Shown here: piece by piece, positions 30,065 to 40,175 of the stretch
How positions within the stretch are numbered: position 1 is the first letter of the stretch
Layout: every line of letters begins with the position of its first letter
Translations under genes and position numbers: made by a program
Notes under the pieces: generated by a model
Told to the model about the DNA's origin: nothing
Database searches by the model: none
The model's input: the letters and a program-made list of their open reading frames with translations, nothing else
From: an uncultured Gemmatimonadaceae bacterium
GTDB lineage: Bacteria; Gemmatimonadota; Gemmatimonadetes; Gemmatimonadales; Gemmatimonadaceae
Reading direction: 5' to 3'
Assembly (NCBI GenBank): GCA_963829055.1
Contig: CAWHHI010000006.1
Location: forward strand, 559,331-623,330
Length of the DNA: 64,000 nt

Positions 30065-30718
30065 TCAGGCTCGAGCGGCTGGTGCGTGGACCCGCGCGTC
30101 GCGGCTCAGCATCCAGTTCTGGAGAAGGCTGACCAGCGAGCCCGCCCCCATCGAGAGCGCCACCGCGCTCGACGCCGACCAGAGGAAGAACGTCGTGACG
30201 AGCACGGTCGCGACGATCATTGCGGTTGGTGGGCTGGCTTGGCCGGGGGCCGTTGATGTCACGGCGACTCCCAGTGCGGTCGCGGCGACGACGCCGAGGA
30301 CGAGAAGGGCGTCCGGCCGCGCGAGATCAGGCACCCAGAGAAAGCGAACCTTGGATCCCAGGCCGCGACGCACCGCGGCGAACAGTCCGCTCAGCAATGG
30401 GAATTGAACCGCGAGACCCGCCAGTCCCGAAGGGGTCAGGAGCTTGATGCCATTTGCCGCATAGAGTGCCTGCGTCTCCCGCATGAGCGCTCGAGGGTCG
30501 TTCGCGAAGCGGCGTTGCAGCGCCTCGACCTGCGGGCGAAGCGCGGCGATGCTGGCCTGTTGCTGTCGAGCGCGTCGCGCCATCCGCAGCGTCAGCGGCA
30601 GCAGCGCAAGCCGCAGCCCGGCCGAGACGAGAAGAACTCCGCCACCGAGACTCCCTCCGCAGAGGTGAGCGGCGCTGAAGATCGAGGCGCGAAGTAGCTC
30701 GACGAAGCTGTCCCACAT
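30065..30718 (-). CDS. yidC: Short YidC/Oxa1 family membrane insertase (no periplasmic domain)
   Basis: RLALLPL, coiled coil LRPQVEALQRRF...ETQALY..NGI, QFPLL.GLF, FLWVPDL.RPD, SLLQNW. Confidence 0.75.
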   Translation of the reverse strand: MWDSFVELLRASIFSAAHLCGGSLGGGVLLVSAGLRLALLPLTLRMARRARQQQASIAALRPQVEALQRRFANDPRALMRETQALYAANGIKLLTPSGLAGLAVQFPLLSGLFAAVRRGLGSKVRFLWVPDLARPDALLVLGVVAATALGVAVTSTAPGQASPPTAMIVATVLVTTFFLWSASSAVALSMGAGSLVSLLQNWMLSRDARVHAPAARA

Positions 30719-30985
30719 GAAGCCCTCGCAGGAAAACGGTTCCCACCATACGGCGGCACTTCCCAGGATGCTTCACTGGAGATGAACCTGCTGGGCGCTG
30801 ACCTGCCAGGTGACCGGTTCGGGTCGTGGATGGGCTCGGTCGGCGTCGGACTGGTCGGCGAGCGGGTGGGAGCCGGCGTCTGGCGTGTGAGGGAGAGGCA
30901 CAACACAGATAGTCGAAGGAAGCCCGACCGTCTTACAGCCGCCGCTCGCTATGGATTCGGTGCTCGCGACCCGTGAGCCGCGTCG

Positions 30986-31147
30986 TTAGGCGCCGATGTT
31001 CTCTGGCGGATGCGACGGCCGTACACATTCCCGACACCGGTCCCAATCATACTCACCACGAACGCGCTGAACGTCCCGATCGGCGCGCCCAGCGCCCATC
31101 GCGTAGCCCCCGATGGTGGCGCCTACGAATCCGAGCAGCTTGGTCAT
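30986..31147 (-). CDS. Small glycine-rich two-TM membrane protein, about 53 aa (frameshifted, absent from the ORF track)
   Basis: MTKLLGFVGATIGGYA-WALGAPIGTFSAFVVSMIGTGVG-YGRRI-NIGA* read across indels. Confidence 0.55.
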   Translation of the reverse strand: MTKLLGFVGATIGGYAMGAGRADRDVQRVRGEYDWDRCRECVRPSHPPENIGA

Positions 31148-31260
31148 AGCGAGGAAGTGTCCTGGTTGAGCGATGCGTCCCGGGAGAGGACGATTACGGC
31201 CGGCACCGGCTACGTCCGATCCCGCGCGATGTGAGGGGCGTCACCCGTTGCTCGTGTGTG

Positions 31261-31419
31261 TTCGTCCAATCACAGAAGATGGAAGCCGTCGGGCGCCTTG
31301 CGGGCGGAATCGCGCACGACTTCAACAACAAGAAGGCGGATCCGAACCAGCTCGAGCAGGTGTTGGTGAATCTCGTCGTCAACGCGTGCGACGCGATGCT
31401 AGCGCCTGGCCGAGCCTAA
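31261..31419 (+). pseudogene. Hybrid histidine kinase remnant (H-box fused to N-box)
   Basis: [21 protein letters not shown] directly followed by [22 protein letters not shown], then a stop. Confidence 0.7.
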
Positions 31420-31805
31420 CGACTCGCAGTCACGCTCGCACTGGTCCTGCGTTCGAGGCCAGCGCGCGTTCGCGAAACCAGAAGAACAACGGCAGCGTTC
31501 CGCCGATCCCGAACAGCAGCGTGATGACGATGAAGCGCCACGCGCCGGCCAGCCCGATGCGTCGCGATTCGTGGCACCATCGACACGCAGCCGGCGAGTG
31601 CCGCTGCGAAGCGCATCGAGCCGAACGCCTGGCACCGGTTCGTGTCGCGAACAGTTCCGCGGTCTGTGCGCGCCGGATCCGTCCAGAAGAGGATGTTGCC
31701 CGTTCTCACGGACTCCATGATCATCGGAATTCCTGGCGCGAGAAAGCCGACAACGGCCAGAATGAGATAGACCGGGGCGATTGAGCTGCTTTGGGTTGCG
31801 GGCAT
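31416..31805 (-). CDS. DUF2834-like membrane protein (frameshifted)
   Basis: [13 protein letters not shown]-terminal [18 protein letters not shown] in the shifted frame. Confidence 0.55.
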   Translation of the reverse strand: MPATQSSSIAPVYLILAVVGFLAPGIPMIMESVRTGNILFWTDPARTDRGTVRDTNRCQAFGSMRFAAALAGCVSMVPRIATHRAGRRVALHRHHAAVRDRRNAAVVLLVSRTRAGLERRTSASVTASR

Positions 31806-31855
31806 GGTGAGCGTGCGTTGGTGGTGATGTGCGATCTGTTAGGCGAGTGTGTCGG

Positions 31856-32346
31856 TCACGGAAATGGCGAGCGGACGACTGCAGCCCGCACCCGCGCATC
31901 GAGCGCGACGAAGACCTCCGAGCGGATGAGCCAGTGTCCGTCTCGCTTGATCCATTGCGCTCCGTAGCGCCCGCGGATGAGCAGGTGCCCAGTGCGTGGA
32001 TCTCGCCCGGTCCAGGTGCCTGACGATGCGTGAGCGGCCAGCGATTGTTGCTCACATTTACGCGGTCGGGATCGCGTCGGTAGAGCGTGGCCGAGTCGGC
32101 GCCTAGCACACGCCTGATACGCGTCGCGCCCCTGGATCACACGCCCGAGCGCCGACCGGATGACGACGTCGTCGGTCCAGATGACGCGACACGATCGAGA
32201 TCGTGTTGGGCGATGGCGGTGTTCTGTGCGGTTCGGGTCGTGCGCACGGCGGCAGCCTCGCGCGACCGCCCACCAGTGGTCTGCACGAGCGCGAGGCTGC
32301 CCACAGCAACGGCGGCCACAATCGATAGACGAGCCGTAGCGTTCAT
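31856..32346 (-). CDS. Secreted NTF2/DUF4440 family protein (frameshifted)
   Basis: Signal peptide; QNTAIAQHDLDRV, WTDDVV, YRRDPDRV.VS, GTWTG, GRYGAQWIKRDGHWLIRSEVFVAL. Confidence 0.65.
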
Positions 32347-32544
32347 TCGAGTCCTGGTCAGTGCGATGGATCCACCATTCAGTCACGCCAAATGTGCCGG
32401 GCGGCTACGGCTACCCCACGCTACCGCTCGCCACGCAGCTCGGCAACTACGTCCGAGGTACACTCAGCCGCACGGAGCCGTTAGGCAGGCAACCTTGGCG
32501 ACCGCTGGAGCTGATCGCAACCCTCCGTCCGATTGTGCTGTCCA

Positions 32545-32555
32545 GTATCTGAGGG
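32545..32555. other. Probable junction between two unrelated sequences
   Basis: Minus-strand membrane gene breaks at ...GGLLFTL; GTTAGGC motif and repeat families stop here; GC content and gene style change. Confidence 0.7.
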
Positions 32556-32673
32556 TGAACAGCAGGCCGCCGAGGGTGCTGTGGATGTAGGCGGTGCCCA
32601 GGGCCAGGGCGACGATGCCGAAGCGGAGCGCGACGCCGGCGACGGTGAGGTCGCCCTTGGACTGGTCGTTCAC
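32551..32673 (-). CDS. Small membrane protein, 3'-truncated at the junction
   Basis: GGAGG RBS, GTG start; NDQSKGDLTVAGVALRFGIVALALGTAYIHSTLGGLLFTL, after which coding character is lost. Confidence 0.55.
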
Positions 32674-32929
32674 GGTGATGGAACCTCCGGGTGGACGAAC
32701 GGGGGTTGACGGGTGATCGCTGCTTGCCGCCGGGGTGGTCCTGACGACGAGGTGAACCGTATGGCGGGCCACATGTGGCCGACGCCCGACGGCCGTGGCC
32801 AGCCCGTGACGACGAACGCCGCCGGTCCGAGGTCGTCACGCGACCGGTCCGGGATGGTCGCCCGACGACCCCCCGACGGGACAGATGACGCACGCCCGAA
32901 CGGGGAGGGCCGATTAGACTCGTCCGGTC

Positions 32930-35900
32930 GTGGCCACCAGATCCCGCCCCTCCACGCCGGCCGCGAAGCCGGCCCCGAGAACGCCCCGAAGCCGAAGCCG
33001 GCAGGCGCGTCGAACGGCGCGTCGAAGGCCGTCCGAAAGACCGCCGCCCCGACGCGAGGCCGCGCCGCGGGCACCAACGGCTCAGGCGCCGCCGCCGTGG
33101 TCGAGACCGACGCCCTGCCCCGACACCCACGGCGACCGTCGGTGCCGAGAGCGAGCGCGACCGGCTCCTCCACGGAGCGGCGGAGGAGGCGGCCCGGCTG
33201 CTCGACGCCGACGGCGCGTTCGTCTACCTGCTGAACCCCGACACCGGGTTCCTCCAGTTCGTCCATTCCGCCGGCATCGCCGACCCGCCGTCCGGCCACT
33301 GGATCCGCCAGCTCGAGCTGCCGGTCGGCAGCGGGATGTTCGGCAAGGCCGTGGCCGAGCGCCGGATGGTCGTCACGGCGGACTACGTCGCCGATCGTTC
33401 GTTCAACCACGCGCAGGGCCCGGACCGGTTCGTCGACGAGGTCGGGCTGCGGTCGCTCGTCGTCGCGCCCCTCGTCGCCGGGACGGAGGTCTTCGGGGCA
33501 CTGGGCACGTTCTCGCGCCGCCCCGACGCGTTCACCGCGCCCCAGATCGCGCTCGTCCGCTCCCTCGCCGAGCACGCCGCGTTCGCGATGGCCAACGCCC
33601 GGCTCATCGCCGAGCTCGACCGCTCACGCCAGGCCGGCGAGCGTCAGGCAGTGGTCGAACGGTCGCTGCGCGAGCTCGGCACCCGTATCTCCGGCGCTCG
33701 AGATCCCGAGGCGGTGGTCCAGTTCACGATCGACGAGGCCCTCCGCCTGCTCGACGGCGACGGCGCCCGGATCGACATCGTCGACCCAGAGGCGCGGCTG
33801 CTCAAGGGCATGTTCTCGTCGGGCGACGAGCAGATCCTGGAGACCGAGTGGCCGCGGGACCCGGACGACACGCTCGAGGTCGGGGCGTCGGGGCGCGCCG
33901 TGGTGACCGGCGAGACGTACATCTCGCGCGACTACCTCGAGGACCCGAACCTCGTCCACGGGCACGGGCCGGACACGTACGTGCGATCAAAGGGGATCCA
34001 CGGCGTGATCGCGACGCCGCTCCACGGCGACCAGGGGCCGTTCGGGGCGATCACGGTCTGGTCGACCCGCGTGGACGCCTTCGGGCCCGACGACGCCGCC
34101 CTGCTCGAGACCATCGCGGGCCAGTCGGCCGTCGCGCTCGGGCGCGCGCGCCTGATCGAGGAGCTGGGCCGGTCCCGCGAGGCCCTCGCCCGGCGGGCCG
34201 AGGAGGAGCGGACGCTGCGCGAGATCGGCGGCCGGCTCGCGACCATCGGCAGCGACCCCGGCGACCTCCTCCTGCGCATCGTCCACGAGGCGGCCCGGCT
34301 GCTGGGCGCCGAGCGCGCCCGCCTCGACCTGGTCGAGCCGGTCCAGGGCAAGGTGATCTGGACCTACCCCGAGGACAGCCTGTTCACCGACGCGCCGGTG
34401 ATCGACACGCCCGACGACGAGGAGCCGATCGGACTGGCCGGGCTGTCCGTCCGCGAGGGCCGGCCCGTGGCGACCGGTGACTACATCGCCGACCGGCGGT
34501 TCAAGCACTACAAGGAAGGCGACGAAGGCGTGCAGGAGATCGACCTGCACTCGGTCATCACGGCGCCCGTGATCGGCGAGGACGGCCTCGTCGGCGTGTT
34601 CCAGGCGGGCCACCGCGACCGCGACGCGTTCGGGGAGGACGCGCTCCGGCTGCTCGACGCGCTGGCCGGCCAGGCCTCGGTCGCGCTCGCCAACGCCCGC
34701 CTCGTCGACCGCCTCGCCACGTCGCAGGGCGCCCTCGAGCGGACGGCCGACGCGGAGCGCGCGTTGCGCGAGATCGCGCGGCGGATGATGACGATCCAGG
34801 ACCCGGCCGAGCTGCTCCAGGACGTCGTCGACGAGGCCGCCCGGCTGCTCGGCTCGTCGGGCGCGGTCATCGACCTCCTCGACCCGGCCACGGGCGAGGT
34901 CCACTGGGCGCACGACGCGGGCATGGACGAGGCGACCCGGTCCGAGTGGAAGGCGCTGGGCGTCGGCGGATCGGGGGTCCACCTCGCGATCCGCGAGCGG
35001 CGCGTCGTCGTCACCGCCGAGTACGCCGCCGACGACCGCTTCCCCGATGGCGCGCCGCACCGCGAGTTCTTCGACCGCGTCGGCATCCGGTCGATCGCGT
35101 TCGCGCCGCTGATCGGCGAGGCCGTGGTGCTGGGCACGCTCGCGGTGTTCTCGGGCGATGTGGGCCGGTTCAGCGAGCAGGACGGCGCGCTCCTCGCGGC
35201 CCTCGCGGACCTCGCGACGATCGCCATCCACAACGCGGAGCTGATCCGGGAGCTCGGCCGGTCGCGCGAGGAGACCTCGCGCCGCGCCGAGACCGAGCGC
35301 ACCCTGCGCGAGATCGCCGCGCGCGTCACCGCGATCCGCGACGCAGACGCGATCCTGGGGCTGATCGTCGACGAGACCCGGCGCGTCCTGGCCTCGGACG
35401 GCGCCCATCTCACGCGGATCTCCGACGACCGGACACACCTCACCCCGGTGGTCCTCGCGGGCGGCATGGACGACGAGACCCGCAGCTGGCTGCGCACCCA
35501 GGAGTTCCCGATCGACGGCGGCATCAACGGGCTCGCGGCCGGCCAGGGCCGGGTCGTCTGGACGCCCGCCTACACGACGGACCCGCGGATCCCGCGCGAT
35601 CCTGGCGACCTCGAGACCGCCGAGCGGATGGGCCTCGGGGCGATGGCGGCCGCGCCGCTGCGCGCCCCCGGTGGCGAGGTCATGGGCACGCTCGCCGTCA
35701 GCTACCGCCAGTCGGGCACGATCGCGCCCGACCGCCTGGCCACCCTGCAGGCCCTCGCCGACCACGCCGCCATCGCCCTGTCGAACTCGGACCTCCTCGA
35801 GCGGCTCGAGGCGTCGGAGGCGAACTACCGCGGCCTCGTGCAGACGACGCCGGACGTGATCTGGCGCAACGACGCCGACGGCCGGTTCACGTTCCTCGCC

Positions 35901-37976
35901 GACACCGCCGAGGTCCTGTTCGGCTGGACGGCACCCGAGATGACCGGCATGCACTTCTCGGCCATCGTCGCCGAGGAGTCGATGGGCACGGCGCTGCAGT
36001 CGTGGGGTGACCTCCACGATCCCGGGACCAACTCCCTGCGCCTCCGTTTCGTCGTGCGCCGCAAGGACGGCAGCACCTTCCCGACCGAGCTGTCCGCCGT
36101 CGGGATCTTCGAGGACGGCGAGTTCAAGGGGGCCCAGGGCACGGTCCGCGACGTCAGCGAGCGCGAGCGCCTCGAGCGCATCGTGCACGAGTCCGAGGAG
36201 CGGTACCGCTCGCTCGTCCAGTCGTCGCCCGACCTCATCTTCGAGATGGACGGCCGCGGCGTGTACACCTTCTACTCCGACCGCACCGAGGACGTCATCG
36301 GCTGGCTGCCGGGCGAGCTGATCGGCCACTCGTTCACCGAGTTCATCGACATCGAGGCGTTCCCGCAGGCCCGCGAGCGCCTGGCCGAGATCGCGGCCAA
36401 CCCCGGGCGCCCGTCGACCGACCGGCTGCTGATCCGCCACAAGGACGGGCGCAAGATGCCGTTCGAGGTCAGCGTCGTCGGCCAGGTCGACGACGCGGGG
36501 CAGCTCGTCGCGATCCGCGGCGTGGCGCGCGACATCAGCGAGCGCGAGCGCCTCGAGCTCGAGCTGCGGTCATCCGAGGAGCGCTACCGCTTCCTCGTCG
36601 AGAACGCGCCCGACATCGTGTTCAGCGCGGATGCCGAGACGCGCTTCCTGTTCATCTCGGACACGATCGAGCGGCTCACGGGCTTCCGGCCGGAGGACGT
36701 GGTCGGCCAGACGTTCGACCGTGTCGTCGCCCCCTCGTCGATGCAGGTCGCGGCCGAGCGCTGGGAGCGGGTCGCTGCCGATCCCACCGAGCCGCAGGTC
36801 CTGCGCCTCGACCTGATGCGCAAGGACGGCGGCGTGGTCCCGGTGGAGATCCACTCCGTGGCCCAGCTCGACGCCAACGGCGACTTCGCCGGCGTCCACG
36901 GGTCCGCGCGCGACATCAGCGAGCGGGAGCGCCTCGAGCGCGAGCTGCGCGAGAGCGAGGTCCGCTATCGATACCTCGTCCAGTCCTCGCCCGACCTCGT
37001 GTGGATGACCGACGACGTCGGCCGGCTGACGTTCGTGTCCGACCAGTCCGGCACGATCCTCGGCTGGGAGCCGGAGGAGCTGATCGGACGCTCGTTCAGC
37101 GAGCTGGCGCCGCCCGAGGAGCGGCGCGGCGCCCTGGCCCGGTTCCGCGCCCTGCGGACGCGCCCGCACGAGGTGCATCGCACGCGCCTGAAGGTGCAGA
37201 GCCGCGACGGCCGCGAGCTCGCGATGGAGATCACCAGCATCGGGATGGTCCAGGACGACGAGTTCATCGGCGCCCACGGCGCGGCCCGCGACGTCAGCGA
37301 GCGCGACCGGCTCGAGCAGGACATCCGGCGCCAGGCGGTGGAGCTCGCGTCGTCGGAGGAGCGGTCGCACCTCGCCCGGGAGCTGCACGACTCGGTGACC
37401 CAGGCGCTGTTCTCGATGACGCTGCTCTCGCGCAGCATCGAGCTGCTGCTGGTCAAGGACCCGACCCAGGTCCCGGGCAAGCTCGCCTCGCTGCGCGAGC
37501 TGCAGCGCGAGGCCCTGGCCGAGATGCGGGCATTGATCTTCGAGCTCCGCCCCGGCAACGTCGAGGAGAACGGGCTCATCCAGGCGCTGCGCACGCACAG
37601 CGCGGCGCTGTCGGGCCGGATCGGCCTGCCGGTCGTGGTCGAGGGCGACCTCGCGGTCCGGCCGTCGCTCGACTGCGAGGAGGGCCTGTACCGGATCGCG
37701 CAGGAGGCGCTCCACAACGTCGTCAAGCACGCGGGCGCGAAGCAGGTGCGGGTCGAGGTCGGGCGGGTGCCCGATGGCGTCCACCTGCGCGTGATCGACG
37801 ATGGCCGCGGCTTCGACCCGACCACCGTCCCCGACGGCCATCTCGGCCTGGCCGGGATGCAGGCCCGCGCCGAGCGCCTCGGCGGCACGCTCACCGTGGC
37901 CTCGGTCCGCGATGGCGGCACGACGATCGACGTCGTCATTCCCGACGCGCGGCCGGTGGAGGCCGCCACGGCCTGA
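32930..37976 (+). CDS. Cytoplasmic sensor histidine kinase: 5 GAF + 4 PAS + HisKA_3 + HATPase_c (5' frameshifts)
   Basis: Repeated LREI/LREL...ALANA GAF units; four SE.RYR.LV..PD...RD(V/I)SER PAS units; ARELHDSVTQ, QEALHNVVKHA, DDGRGF, GLAGM..RA. Confidence 0.92.
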
Positions 37977-38113
37977 CGAGGCAGGGGTTCAGCGTGCCTC
38001 GCCGATGCCGCGCCGCTACGTCGAATGTCGCGCATCGACCGGGCATTTGCCGGATTGCCTTGTCGGGCGCCCGTCCCTGACCCGCACCGGGGCCGTGCCC
38101 CACCATCGAGGTC

Positions 38114-38599
38114 ATGTCAGACCACGTCATCGCCCCCGCCGCTGCTGCCGCGTCACCGGTCGCCGGCGGGCTTCGCCTGCTCGTCGTCGACGCCGATGAC
38201 CGCACGCGCGAGAGCCTGGTCGGGATCCTCGGCATCCGACACCGCTTCACCGTCATCGGCAGCACCGGCCAGGTCGCCGAAGCCATCGCCCTTGTCCGCG
38301 ACCAGCGGCCCGACGTCGTGATCGTCGACCCACGGCTGCCGGACGCGTCCGGCGGCGTGGCGCTCATCCGGCGCATCCGCGCGATCGATCCGACGGTCCA
38401 CATCCTCGCCCTCGGCTGGTCGCCGGACCTCGAGAACGCGAGCCTCACCGCCGGCGCCCACGGCTTCATGCGCAAGACCCTCAAGCCGGGCGAGCTCGAC
38501 GACGCCGTCTGCCGATGCCTCGGTGACGAGTCGAAGCGCGCCTCGTCCGACCAGCCCCAGGCGCCCGCCCCGGTCCGCGGACCGGGCCTGATCCTGTAG
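38114..38599 (+). CDS. Single-domain response regulator (receiver only)
   Basis: LRLLVVDAD, PDVVIVDPRLP, AGAHGFMRK. Confidence 0.8.
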   Translation: MSDHVIAPAAAAASPVAGGLRLLVVDADDRTRESLVGILGIRHRFTVIGSTGQVAEAIALVRDQRPDVVIVDPRLPDASGGVALIRRIRAIDPTVHILALGWSPDLENASLTAGAHGFMRKTLKPGELDDAVCRCLGDESKRASSDQPQAPAPVRGPGLIL

Positions 38600-38603
38600 T
38601 AGG

Positions 38604-39326
38604 ATGCCAATGCGTTCGATTACCGCCGCGTCAGCGCCAATCGCCGCGATTCCCGGAGTGAAGCTCGTGGACGAAGCCCCTCGCATCCGCGTGCTCCTTG
38701 TCGACGACCACGCCGTCGTCCGCATGGGCCTGCGAGCCTTCTTCGACCTCCTGCCCGACATCGAGGTCGTGGGCGAGGCCGCCGACGGCAGCGAGGGCGT
38801 CGCGATGGCGCGCCGGCTGACCCCCGACGTCGTCCTCATGGACCTGCTCATGCCGAACATGGACGGCGTGACCGCAATCGGCCGGATCAAGGCCGAGCTC
38901 CCCGAGACCGAGATCGTCACGATGACGAGCTTCATCGAGGAGGAGAAGGTCACCGCCGCCCTCGAGGCCGGTGCCTCGGGCTACGTGCTCAAGGACGCGG
39001 AGGCCGAGGAGGTCGCCCAGGCGATCCGGGCCGCCTACGCCGGCGAGGTCCACCTCGATCCCCAGGTCGCGCGGCTGCTCGCGCAGCGGATGCGCGCCAA
39101 GAAGGATCCGGAGCCGGTCGAGCCCCTCACCGATCGCGAGAAGGACGTCCTGCGCCTGCTCGGCCAGGGCATGTCGAACAAGGAGATCGGCGCGACGCTG
39201 TTCATCACCGAGCGGACCGCGCGGACGTACGTCAGCAACATCCTGGGCAAGCTCGGCCTCGCGTCGCGCACGCAGGCGGCCCTGTGGGCCGTCGAGCACA
39301 AGCTCGTCGAGGCGCCGGGCGCCTGA
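38604..39326 (+). CDS. NarL/LuxR family DNA-binding response regulator (start may be the GTG at 38668)
   Basis: VLLVDDHAVVR, LMDLLMP, GYVLKD, LTDREKDVL..G.SNKEI...TARTYVSNILGKL. Confidence 0.95.
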   Translation: MPMRSITAASAPIAAIPGVKLVDEAPRIRVLLVDDHAVVRMGLRAFFDLLPDIEVVGEAADGSEGVAMARRLTPDVVLMDLLMPNMDGVTAIGRIKAELPETEIVTMTSFIEEEKVTAALEAGASGYVLKDAEAEEVAQAIRAAYAGEVHLDPQVARLLAQRMRAKKDPEPVEPLTDREKDVLRLLGQGMSNKEIGATLFITERTARTYVSNILGKLGLASRTQAALWAVEHKLVEAPGA

Positions 39327-39370
39327 CCCGCGCACCCCACCCGCTGTCCGGCGGGCGAGGGAGGATCGCC

Positions 39371-40147
39371 GTGACCACACCGGATCCGAACGAACCACCG
39401 AAGGCCGAGCCGCCGCCGGCGATTCCGCCGTCGCCGGCCGCCGCGCCACCGCCGGCCCCCGACCCGGCGACGGCCGCCGCTGGGTCGGCCTCGCCCCCGC
39501 CTGATGGCCCGCCGCCGGCTCCCGATGCCGCCGCGGGGAGCCGCAGGTCCAGCATCGCCACCTCCGGGCGAGAGCCGCCGCGAGCGCCGCCTGGGCGACA
39601 GCGGCCCGTCGTCGGCGGGCGTGGTGTTCGGGATCATCCTCGTCGTCGGCGGCGCGCTCCTCCTGGTCGGGCGGCTGACGGACATCTCGCTGGACCATCC
39701 GCCTGGCCCCTGTGGCTGATCGTCCCGGGCGTGGCGATGGTCATCGGCTCCTTCGCGATCCCGCCGCGTGGCGGCCTCGGGCTCGCGATCCCTGGCGCCA
39801 TCCTGACCATGCTCGGCAGCGTCCTGTGGGTCCAGGCGGCGACGGGGTTGTACTCGACCTGGGCCTACGCCTGGGCCCTGATCGTGCCCACCGGACCGGG
39901 CCTCGGCATGCTGCTCTACGGGCTCGTGCGGCGGGACGGCGAGCTGGCCCGGAACGGCCTCCGCACGACGCTGGCCGGCCTCGCGCTGTTCATCGGCCTC
40001 GGCCTGATCTTCGAGGGCTTGCTCAGCCTGTCGGGCTTCGAGCTCGCGAACGTGCGCGAGGTCCTGCCCTACGCGGCGATCGGCCTCGGCGTCGTGCTGG
40101 TGGTTGGGTCGTTCGCGGGCCGCCGGGAGAAGACCGCCGGGACCTGA
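39371..40147 (+). CDS. Membrane protein with Pro-rich N-terminus (LiaI/LiaF-like; frameshifted)
   Basis: GVVFGIILVVGGALLL, WPLWLIVPG, WAYAWALI; multiple TM segments. Confidence 0.6.
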   Translation: MTTPDPNEPPKAEPPPAIPPSPAAAPPPAPDPATAAAGSASPPPDGPPPAPDAAAGSRRSSIATSGREPPRAPPGRQRPVVGGRGVRDHPRRRRRAPPGRAADGHLAGPSAWPLWLIVPGVAMVIGSFAIPPRGGLGLAIPGAILTMLGSVLWVQAATGLYSTWAYAWALIVPTGPGLGMLLYGLVRRDGELARNGLRTTLAGLALFIGLGLIFEGLLSLSGFELANVREVLPYAAIGLGVVLVVGSFAGRREKTAGT

Positions 40148-40175
40148 CGGCTCGGCCGGGCCCCGGCCGCGCCCG

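Noticed and set aside
30720..30960. Possible MifM/Apc-type arrest-peptide leader upstream of yidC
   Set aside because: The short upstream frame has no TM segment and only RAHP rather than a RAPP/RAPG motif; no clear RBS.
32750..32780. Palindrome GGCCACATGTGGCC and a GCCATACGG 9-mer shared with 58712
   Set aside because: Short GC-rich matches are expected by chance; no further support.
33987..36440. Long antisense ORFs (817 aa here, many similar elsewhere)
   Set aside because: Shadow ORFs opposite real high-GC genes, with no recognisable motifs.
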